From an uncultured Candidatus Saccharibacteria bacterium (GTDB taxonomy: Bacteria > Patescibacteriota > Minisyncoccia > Portnoybacterales > UBA2143), in assembly GCA_964596615.1 (NCBI GenBank), contig CAZQUN010000004.1, positions 432-64,431 of the forward strand: a stretch of 64,000 nucleotides of DNA, written 5' to 3'. A program made the position numbers and the translations under genes. The notes under the pieces were generated by a model. That model saw nothing but the letters and a program-made list of their open reading frames with translations, made no database searches and was not told the origin of the DNA. Below are positions 28,925 through 36,772 of the stretch, piece after piece; position 1 is the stretch's first letter, and every line of letters begins with the position of its first letter.

Positions 28925-30289
28925 CTATTCAGTTTCTCCCTCCTCCCAAGAGAGATATTCCCCCCAGAAAGTAAGGGGTATATTGCCAGGCGTCCCTCCT
29001 TTGCCGACAATAATCTCGGCATCTCTTTCGGGTTTACCTTCTTCTTCAATCTTTTTTGGTTCGTAAGCATTTGGTCGGTAGAGCAAGAGGATTTTATTGC
29101 TTAACTCTTCGGCTGCTTTACTGAATAAATCAGAAGTTTTGGGGCGCTTATCTTCTCTGTCTTCTAGTTTTCGATTGAGCTGGCTTGAAATAATGACCGG
29201 TATTTTTATCTGATAGCAGAAGGGCTTGATTTTTTCAATGATGAAATCAGCTTGTTCTAGGGGGTGCTTAAATTCTTTGCCAGGCCAAAAAAGTTCTTGT
29301 AAATTTTCAATAATCAGCAATCCAGGGCCCTGATTAAGTTTGTCTATTTTTTCTAGGGCATTTATTATCTCTATCTGGAGGGCCGGCACAGCAATCCTTT
29401 GTTTAATTACAATGCTGTGAATTGGCGCGTCATTGATCTGTTGATGGCATCGATCCATCATTTCCAATTCATCTTTTTCTGTTATTCTGCCTCCCCCTAT
29501 CTTATTAAGGGGGATTTTACATCTTTGGGCATCCAGACGACGGTAGATTATCGGCATTACCATCTGTGCCCCGCAATAAACAACCGGACTACCTTCATCA
29601 ATAGCCGTATGAGACAGAAACTCAAGGACTAGGGCTGTTTTTCCCATTCCTGTTCTGCCGCCGACAATTGTTAGCTCATAAGGCATAAATCCCCCAATTG
29701 CGCGATTAAGCGATTCAAAAGGCGTCTCTTTGCTAAAAGAAAAGTAGTCAAAAAGTTCTTCAGTAGAGAGCTCCAGCTTGTTGGCGCCACTTCCTTTTGC
29801 CGCTTTTTTCATTATTTCCGAGGGCATCTCAATGACTTTGGCAACCAGTTCATCTACCCTGACACCAGGGGTAAAGGCAGTTCTAGCTAATTCATTGGTT
29901 TTCTCTAAGACCACTCTCTTTACCGCGTCTCCTTTGATAATCTTGGCGTGATGAGCGACATTTTCCGTTGCCGGCGTTCCGTCGTGGAGTATGACAAGAT
30001 AACTGGCTCCACCAACACTTTCGAGTTCGCCTTTCTTTTTGAGTTGATTGGTCAGAGTAAGAAGGTCAATCGGCGTTTCCTCGTTAGTCAGATCAATCAT
30101 GGCAGCAAAAATTTTTTGATGGGCGGGCTTGTAGAAATCTTCGGCCTCTAGGATTTGCCAGGCCGTAAGAAATTTTTTGTTCTCCTGTAAGATTCTCCCA
30201 ATGACTGATCCTTCAGCTTCAGGACTTTGGGGTGGCAGAGAGAACTGGGGAAAATCTTTGGCTGTCTTATCTTTCGCTTTTTCTCTCAT
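28925..30289 (-). CDS. Divergent DnaB paralog, predicted catalytically inactive
   Basis: DnaB N-terminal domain (LPPQS.EAE.SV.G, DFY..AH..IF, PIDLLTL), Walker A GGRTGMGKT and SQLNR present; H1a, Walker B, H4 and Arg finger degenerate. Confidence 0.88.
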   Translation of the reverse strand: MREKAKDKTAKDFPQFSLPPQSPEAEGSVIGRILQENKKFLTAWQILEAEDFYKPAHQKIFAAMIDLTNEETPIDLLTLTNQLKKKGELESVGGASYLVILHDGTPATENVAHHAKIIKGDAVKRVVLEKTNELARTAFTPGVRVDELVAKVIEMPSEIMKKAAKGSGANKLELSTEELFDYFSFSKETPFESLNRAIGGFMPYELTIVGGRTGMGKTALVLEFLSHTAIDEGSPVVYCGAQMVMPIIYRRLDAQRCKIPLNKIGGGRITEKDELEMMDRCHQQINDAPIHSIVIKQRIAVPALQIEIINALEKIDKLNQGPGLLIIENLQELFWPGKEFKHPLEQADFIIEKIKPFCYQIKIPVIISSQLNRKLEDREDKRPKTSDLFSKAAEELSNKILLLYRPNAYEPKKIEEEGKPERDAEIIVGKGGTPGNIPLTFWGEYLSWEEGETE

Positions 30290-31334
30290 TTTCTGCCTCC
30301 TTTATCTTTTCTCGGTATAAAATCCAGTACTCTCTTACCCAGCCGGGCCAGTGTTGTTCTTGGCCATAGATTTGCCGAATGTACATAGCAATGCCGATAA
30401 CATATTTTTTGGGATAGGCGTCGTCATATTTCCAAGCCATAAAGAAAATTCGGCGATAGGCATTCTTTTTCCGATGGTTGATATGAATTTTCTGATGTTT
30501 CTTACCAACAATCGTCAGCCCGAGCATATGAGGGGTGGTTTTCCCCAGATTATCTTTTGTTTTCTCTGGCTTAACGGAAAAGCCAGATTTGGTCGGGATT
30601 GCCAGTAATTCTTCTTTGATTTCAGGTGAAATTATTTCCTTTGAGGCGAAGTTGAAATCGTCGGCGTAGACAAACCATTTTATATTGTGTGTTTGGCAAA
30701 TCCGGTCCATCTCACAACACATGGGCTCGTAAACAAGATTTAGCAAAGCCGGGCTGCACGACGCTCCTTGAGGCAGGCGACGCTGTTCATTATAATGATA
30801 GGTTACCAACCAGGATAAAGGATCAATTAGGGCCTTATTAATCCCTAATTTTTCAAGGGATTGTTTTACCATTTCCTTTGTAATACTGGGAAAAGCATCG
30901 GCTATATCAAAGCTGAAATAATGAACGTTTCCCAAAAGTGTCTGTGTTGCTTTAAGAGTATTTCTTTTTTTAACAAACCCATATGCATTTTGATGGGCGG
31001 GCCTAAGTTCAACCAATGTTTTTCCGATTGCTCTGAGCGCTTTTTGGACTATCGGATGCGGAGCAAGGATTTTTCTTGGCTTTTTTCCTTTCCGCAAAGT
31101 AAATCCTCTGAAGCCATGAGAAAATGTTTCTTGGACTGATTTGCCTTTAACCATAATTTCGTCCTCGAATTCTACTCTGCCTATTATCTTCCATGCCTTT
31201 CTCAAGACCTTTTTCGTAGTTTTTAGTTTCTCTGCTAGTGCTTTCAGTGCCCAGGAAAACTGGACATCAAGAGAAACATCTTCCATTGACCGAAACTCAT
31301 ATTTTTCCAGCGTTTCTGGTTTTTCTGAATACAT
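30267..31334 (-). CDS. Retron-like reverse transcriptase
   Basis: RKILAP, AYGFVKKR, FDIADAFPSI, LPQGASCSPALLNL, YADD (30657-30668); 355 aa, no maturase or endonuclease domain. Confidence 0.92.
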   Translation of the reverse strand: MYSEKPETLEKYEFRSMEDVSLDVQFSWALKALAEKLKTTKKVLRKAWKIIGRVEFEDEIMVKGKSVQETFSHGFRGFTLRKGKKPRKILAPHPIVQKALRAIGKTLVELRPAHQNAYGFVKKRNTLKATQTLLGNVHYFSFDIADAFPSITKEMVKQSLEKLGINKALIDPLSWLVTYHYNEQRRLPQGASCSPALLNLVYEPMCCEMDRICQTHNIKWFVYADDFNFASKEIISPEIKEELLAIPTKSGFSVKPEKTKDNLGKTTPHMLGLTIVGKKHQKIHINHRKKNAYRRIFFMAWKYDDAYPKKYVIGIAMYIRQIYGQEQHWPGWVREYWILYREKIKEAENERKSER

Positions 31335-31383
31335 TTTAGCCTCCTATGTTATCCTTAAGGGTTATAAGTTTTTAAAGAATTTG

Positions 31384-31722
31384 CCCCGCGCCAGGTTTGT
31401 CTTCACTAGCGCGAGGACTTTCAGGCAGTTGGGTGATATCAGGACGGCTTTTCCCTTCGCTTTATCAACCTCAAGCCGGGCAGGAAAGGTCGAGGAGCGA
31501 GGGGTGCCGAGGAGAGGAGAGGATTCGTCCGGGTTCCGGCGGAATAAAGTATCTATCAAACCGGAGGGGTCCGGGGTGTCCCCGGGCTCTCCTTGCTCTC
31601 ATGTTCTCCGCTGCCTGAGCTCAGAAAGCGGTTTAAGACCTATTTCGAAACATAAGATATTTCCGAAACGAACCTTGTGAGAGCCCAAGATTCTTCGGTC
31701 TTGTTTTATCCCATTCGCCTGT
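31384..31722 (-). ncRNA. Putative RT-associated structured ncRNA (msr/msd-like)
   Basis: GC-rich (42/60 G+C at 31561-31620); several hairpins and long-range inverted repeats directly upstream of the RT SD; G-U wobbles favour the minus strand; ends approximate. Confidence 0.7.
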
Positions 31723-31729
31723 TTGATTA

Positions 31730-31758
31730 TTTCTAACACAAAAGAGATTTTTTCGCAA
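31730..31758 (-). promoter_or_regulatory. Candidate promoter for the ncRNA-RT-DnaB* operon
   Basis: TTGCGA-17 bp-TAGAAA with extended TGn on the minus strand. Confidence 0.5.
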
Positions 31759-31815
31759 GAAAGTCAATTAATAGTGTTTATCCACCTTATTTATGCTAGA
31801 ATATTGGATAGGAAA

Positions 31816-32262
31816 ATGTATCATATAGCGATAATGAGGAAATCCTGGGGTCTCTTGCCCAAGATTTTAACCAAAGAAAAGACAATTGAATCACGCTGGT
31901 ATATGAATAAATATTCTCCTTGGGACAGGATTAAAAAAGGGGATATTGTTTATTTTGAGAATTCTGGTGAACCGGTTAGTATTAAAACAGAAGTTTCAAA
32001 GATTATTCAGTATTCGGATTTAACGCCAGTCAAAGCAAAACAAATTCTTCAAAAATATGGCGCTAAAGATGGCCTGGGTATTAATGAAATTGACAAATAT
32101 TATCAGATGTTTAAAGGTAAAAAATATTGCTTGTTAATTTTTCTTAAAAACCCGCAGGGAACTAAATCTTTTGATATTGATAAGACCGGATTTGGAGCGA
32201 TGGCGGCCTGGATAGTAGTTGATAATATAAAAAGAGTTAAGAGAAATCTTTTTACAGTTTAA
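31816..32262 (+). CDS. ASCH/PUA-like domain protein
   Basis: IL..EKTIESRW...IKKGDIVYF resembles the ASCH GxKxxExR motif; start adjusted to ATG 31816. Confidence 0.7.
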   Translation: MYHIAIMRKSWGLLPKILTKEKTIESRWYMNKYSPWDRIKKGDIVYFENSGEPVSIKTEVSKIIQYSDLTPVKAKQILQKYGAKDGLGINEIDKYYQMFKGKKYCLLIFLKNPQGTKSFDIDKTGFGAMAAWIVVDNIKRVKRNLFTV

Positions 32263-32308
32263 TTGGTCAAAGCTTTTCGTTTTGAAGAATATAGGGTAAT
32301 ATATTAGT

Positions 32309-33982
32309 ATGGATCCGCAAACACACATCGACCCGGGACAACAAATAAATAACTTCCAACCAGAACAAAATCCTAAAAGATTAAATTTTCCTTTCTGGGT
32401 TTGGGTTGTAGTAGTAACCGCTATTTTAGGCCTAGGCGGTTATTTTATTTATCAACATTTCTTTTCTGAAACGATAACAGTCCTTGATTCGACAGACCAA
32501 TGGCAAACTTACCACAATGAAGAATTAGGGTTTAGCTTTAAATATCCAAGGGATTATGGAGAAATGGTGTTTTCAATAAACTCCGGGGAAACAGGAGAAA
32601 TGTTTTATGGGAATTTCTCTAAAAATCCTGATATCCAATTTGGAGGAATAACATACGATTATACTGCTGGTATGGGAGGACAATTCATAGGTACACAAGG
32701 ATATACACAAGATAATGATAAATATTATTTTAACTTTGTTGCTGATGAAAAAATAGAAGTAACTCCGTCGAGATTTATTCAAATAAATGAAGGGGCAGAT
32801 GAAGCCCTAGTCATCGAAGATCAAGATATGGGTTTGCTAATTAATCCTAGCGGGAAGGGAGCTTTAATTAACCTGAAAGATGATAGATTTTCTGGAATTG
32901 GCTTTATTTATTACAATATTCCTCAGGATGAAACCTATCTTTTTGATGACATCATTTCTAGCTTTAAGTTTATTGAGCCCACCGATACATCTAATTGGCA
33001 AACATATCGTAACGAGGAATATCGATTTGAGGTTTTAATGCCTGGGGGTTGGTATACCAGCGAAGAATATTATCAAAATATTGACCAGCAAATGATTAGG
33101 TTTTCGAATTATCCGTGGGGGTCATTTGAAAAATCGGAAACCCCGGAGGATTTTCTTGCTTTCTTCATTTCAACTTATCCAAAATACAAAGAAGATGACT
33201 ACGAAAAAATTAAAGAAATAGAAGAAGAAATGAAAGAGTTTTCAAACGAAAAATTTGAATACAGCATTGAAAATAAATGGCTGATAAATCTTTATGTTAT
33301 TTCTGAAAGAACTTCTCAAAAAGATAATATTACCTGGGATGTTATCTTGCCTTACGCCAAAGCGTTTTTAACGGGCGAAAATTATAAATATTATTTCTAT
33401 CCTTCTTCGCCGGTTCCAACACTAGACAAAGGACAAGAAAAGGAATTAGATATTTTAAGAGGGATGTTAAAGTCATTTAAATTTATTAAACTAAGCAATC
33501 TGTCTGATGAAGAAATATATCAGAATAATGAATATAAAATTAGATTTGAAAAACCGTTTCTTTTTGGCAGACAGGGCGATGTCAGAGAAAAGGAGAATAA
33601 AATATTTGTTTGCCTGGACCCTTCAACAGAAGATACTTCTTCCTGTCAGTATGTAGAAATTTTTGAAAAGAGCCCGGGACAGACTTTGAAAGAAGCCATA
33701 GAAGAACAGTTTCTTAAAAGTTATCCTTCTGATAAGTGCTGGTTTGAAGAAATAAGAAGGGAGAATAATCCAAAAGGATATCAATACGCGACTATAAGTT
33801 ATCCTACCCCTTGGTATGATAATCGACAGTATTGTCCCTCTTATAGCGCGGCAAATGGTGTGAGTTATTTTATGATGGACCCACGCTATCCCGACCGTTT
33901 TGTTTACTTTAGCATCGGACAGTACTATATTGGGACTAGGAACAGAGAATCCTGGCAGGATACATTTGAATTTATTGATTAA
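32309..33982 (+). CDS. Membrane-anchored surface protein with three PsbP-like repeat domains
   Basis: TM followed by repeats WQTYHNEELGFSFKYP / WQTYRNEEYRFEVLMP / IYQNNEYKIRFEKP, each ending (S/T)F(K/E)FI. Confidence 0.7.
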   Translation: MDPQTHIDPGQQINNFQPEQNPKRLNFPFWVWVVVVTAILGLGGYFIYQHFFSETITVLDSTDQWQTYHNEELGFSFKYPRDYGEMVFSINSGETGEMFYGNFSKNPDIQFGGITYDYTAGMGGQFIGTQGYTQDNDKYYFNFVADEKIEVTPSRFIQINEGADEALVIEDQDMGLLINPSGKGALINLKDDRFSGIGFIYYNIPQDETYLFDDIISSFKFIEPTDTSNWQTYRNEEYRFEVLMPGGWYTSEEYYQNIDQQMIRFSNYPWGSFEKSETPEDFLAFFISTYPKYKEDDYEKIKEIEEEMKEFSNEKFEYSIENKWLINLYVISERTSQKDNITWDVILPYAKAFLTGENYKYYFYPSSPVPTLDKGQEKELDILRGMLKSFKFIKLSNLSDEEIYQNNEYKIRFEKPFLFGRQGDVREKENKIFVCLDPSTEDTSSCQYVEIFEKSPGQTLKEAIEEQFLKSYPSDKCWFEEIRRENNPKGYQYATISYPTPWYDNRQYCPSYSAANGVSYFMMDPRYPDRFVYFSIGQYYIGTRNRESWQDTFEFID

Positions 33983-34012
33983 TTCGGAGATTGAACTTCC
34001 GACAGTCCCAAT

Positions 34013-34462
34013 ATGTCTAATTTAATAACAAAAAAACAATTAGAGAGGAAAAAAGAGGAACTAGATAAGCTAAGAAAAAAACACGCTGATTTAGGTAAGA
34101 AAATATCTGAAGTAATGAAAAACAGCGGTTCTTTTCCTAGTGGTACTCCGGGTTATGTCGGATTAATGGATAGGATAGAAGGATTCTCATTAAAGATTGC
34201 TCAGTTAAAGAAAGAAATAGAATCTGTTAAAGTAGTTGACCCAAAGGAAATTCCTTCTGATGTTGTTTCAATTTTATCCTGTGTTTTGGTTTTGGATATT
34301 ATTAAAAACAAGAAAGAGAAATATTGTTTTGGAAAAAATATTAGCCAGGATTCTTTGATTGGCAAAGCCCTTCTTAATAAAAAAGTAGGCGAGCGGGTAA
34401 AAGTTAAAACTCCTCAAGGAGAAAGAGAATTGGAGATAGTTAAAATAGAAATTGACAAATAG
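34013..34462 (+). CDS. GreA/GreB family protein (divergent)
   Basis: N-terminal coiled coil; C-terminal IS.DS.IGKALL.KKVGE.V.V.TP.G motif. Confidence 0.8.
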   Translation: MSNLITKKQLERKKEELDKLRKKHADLGKKISEVMKNSGSFPSGTPGYVGLMDRIEGFSLKIAQLKKEIESVKVVDPKEIPSDVVSILSCVLVLDIIKNKKEKYCFGKNISQDSLIGKALLNKKVGERVKVKTPQGERELEIVKIEIDK

Positions 34463-34541
34463 TTGATATTGTTTTAGTATATTATATTCTTTAAAAACTA
34501 GGGAATTTTTTTATTAACCATTTTTTCAGAAGAGGAGATAG

Positions 34542-35030
34542 GTGATGTTAAAAAAGGGTTGTCCGTTTTGTGAAGAAGAAATTTATGGCGCATCATTATT
34601 ATGCGAAGGGGATAAAGCGTTTATTCTTCAAAATATCGCTCCTGCTACCGATGCTCATTTTGTAGTGATTCCTAGAAAACATGCTTTAATACTGGAAGAT
34701 CTTGGACGAGATGAATCCTTCGAACTTCTTCGTCTTATTGGTTTAGCTGAAAAAGTAGCGCTTGAAAAAGGAGCTGAAGGAGTTTATCCTTTTGCTCTCC
34801 GAGGAGAGATGGTAGGCCAAACAATTGAACACCTCCATTTCCAAATTATAGGTAAGTTTAAAAAGGACTTGCCGGTGATTCCTATTCGCGGTGAAGAGAA
34901 GAAAATACTAAGAACAGAGGAATTGCGATTAAAGGTAAAATCTCTTAAACCGTTTTTTATCACGGAAGGGGATTTAGAAAAAAGAAAACATCACTGTTGT
35001 CGTTGTCGGTCTATAAACTCGAGTGACTAA
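34542..35030 (+). CDS. HIT-superfamily protein
   Basis: CPFC, H.VVIPRKH, GQTIEHLHFQII. Confidence 0.8.
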   Translation: MMLKKGCPFCEEEIYGASLLCEGDKAFILQNIAPATDAHFVVIPRKHALILEDLGRDESFELLRLIGLAEKVALEKGAEGVYPFALRGEMVGQTIEHLHFQIIGKFKKDLPVIPIRGEEKKILRTEELRLKVKSLKPFFITEGDLEKRKHHCCRCRSINSSD

Positions 35031-35071
35031 GCAGAAACCATTTAGCTTAGTAAGATAGGAAGGAGGAAGAG

Positions 35072-35266
35072 ATGCAGTGTCCAGAGTGCGGAACAGAAAT
35101 GTATTACGATTCGTGGAGGAAGTGTCCCTATTGCGGCGCTCCGTTGAAAAAAACGGAGAAAAAAAAGAAAAAGGCTGTTAACTGTTGTGGTCAGAAAGAG
35201 GGAGGATGCGGTTACTGTGACCACGAGAATCCGGCGCAATGTCTGGGGAACTGTGCCGTAACTTGA
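35072..35266 (+). CDS. Small Cys-rich zinc-ribbon protein
   Basis: CPECG, CPYCG and further Cys; SD aaggagg; terminator at 35284-35314. Confidence 0.7.
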   Translation: MQCPECGTEMYYDSWRKCPYCGAPLKKTEKKKKKAVNCCGQKEGGCGYCDHENPAQCLGNCAVT

Positions 35267-35364
35267 AGGAGGTTTAACTGGAAGGAGCGGAGCGGAATTA
35301 GTCCGCTCCGTTTTAGTTTATCAACATTGCTTGTTTCTAGCCGAAATGATAATATATTAGGGAT

Positions 35365-36771
35365 ATGAAGCGGACTTTAGCCAATAAAACAATTGAAAAA
35401 ATAGGAGAGGAAGTCAGATTAAATGGCTGGGTTCATAATCGAAGAGACCATGGTAAATTAATTTTCATTGACCTGCGCGACAGAAGCGGACTGGTTCAGT
35501 TAGTTTTCCTGCCGGAAAGCAAGGAAATATATCAATTAGGTAATAAATTAAGAGGGGAATGGGTTATTGAAGTCAAAGGCAAAATCAATAAAAGACCGGA
35601 TAAAATGGTTAACGAAAAGATTCCAACTGGCAAAGTCGAAGTTGAAGTCACTGATTTAAAGATTTTAAACCAATCCAAAACCCCGCCCTTTGAAATTAGC
35701 GAAGAAGGGGTCAAAAACGTTAATGAAGAAGTTAGATTAAGGTATCGCTATCTTGATTTACGCCGCCAGCGGATGAGAAGAAATCTTTACATTCGTCATA
35801 AGGTTATTAAATTAATCAGAGATTTTTTGGATAAAAAAGGATTTGTTGAAATAGAGACGCCAATTCTGACTAAGTCAACACCAGAAGGAGCAAGAGATTA
35901 TCTGGTTCCAAGTCGCCTTCATCCTGGCCAATCTTACGCTCTGCCCCAATCTCCCCAGCAATTCAAGCAGCTTTTAATGGTTGCCGGGTTAGGGAGATAC
36001 TTTCAAATTGTCCGCTGTTTCCGGGATGAGGATTCAAGAGGAGACCGCCAGCCGGAATTCACTCAACTGGATTTAGAAATGTCTTTTGTTAAACAAGAAG
36101 ATATTTTAAGACTAACCGAGAGACTCTATACTAAAATCATTAAAAACCTAATTCTTTTTGATAAAACCCTATCCAAGAAATTAACTTTTAGTCCCTTCAA
36201 GAGAATGGACTACCAGGAAGCCATTAAAAATTATGGGACTGATAAACCCGATTTAAGAGAAAACAAAAAAGATCCGAACGAACTGGCTTTTGTCTGGATT
36301 CTAAATTGGCCCCTATTTGAATGGAATGAAAAAGAAAAAAGATATGATTCTCATCACCACATTTTCACTGCGCCCCAGGAAAAAGACTTGCCTTTGCTTG
36401 ATAAAGAACCAATAAAAGTCCGCTCCTGGCAGCATGATTTGGTTCTGAATGGGGTTGAAATTGGAGGGGGGAGTATTAGAATTCATCAAAGAGATATCCA
36501 GGAAAAAATATTTAAATTAGTTGGCTTATCCCAGGAAGAAATTAATCAGAAATTCGGTCATTTATTAAAAGCTTTTGAATACGGAGCGCCGCCTCATGGA
36601 GGGATTGCTCCTGGAATTGACCGCTTTTTAATGATTCTTTTAGGCGAGGAAAATATTAGAGAAGTTATGGCTTTTCCAAAAACCGGTGATGGCCGCGATT
36701 TAATGATGGAAGCGCCCAGTCCGGTCAGCAAAGAGCAACTGAAAGACCTTAGTATTAAAATAGACAAGTAA
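35365..36771 (+). CDS. aspS: Aspartate--tRNA ligase (short form)
   Basis: RDHGKLIFIDLRD, LPQSPQQFKQ, FRDED.R.DRQPEFTQLD, PPHGG.A.G.DR. Confidence 0.96.
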   Translation: MKRTLANKTIEKIGEEVRLNGWVHNRRDHGKLIFIDLRDRSGLVQLVFLPESKEIYQLGNKLRGEWVIEVKGKINKRPDKMVNEKIPTGKVEVEVTDLKILNQSKTPPFEISEEGVKNVNEEVRLRYRYLDLRRQRMRRNLYIRHKVIKLIRDFLDKKGFVEIETPILTKSTPEGARDYLVPSRLHPGQSYALPQSPQQFKQLLMVAGLGRYFQIVRCFRDEDSRGDRQPEFTQLDLEMSFVKQEDILRLTERLYTKIIKNLILFDKTLSKKLTFSPFKRMDYQEAIKNYGTDKPDLRENKKDPNELAFVWILNWPLFEWNEKEKRYDSHHHIFTAPQEKDLPLLDKEPIKVRSWQHDLVLNGVEIGGGSIRIHQRDIQEKIFKLVGLSQEEINQKFGHLLKAFEYGAPPHGGIAPGIDRFLMILLGEENIREVMAFPKTGDGRDLMMEAPSPVSKEQLKDLSIKIDK

Positions 36772-36772
36772 T

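Noticed and set aside
30267-31334. RT as part of a group II intron or DGR
   Set aside because: No maturase or endonuclease domain, no domain V/VI, no Avd-like gene, and no TR/VR pair seen. The motif is QGA..SP rather than the DGR-type GN..SQ.
31141-31680. ORFs 31141-31680(+), 31362-31559(-), 31397-31618(+) and a 43-codon ATG ORF inside the RT upstream region
   Set aside because: No convincing SD or protein-like composition. They are expected by-products of high GC, and RNA structure explains the region better.
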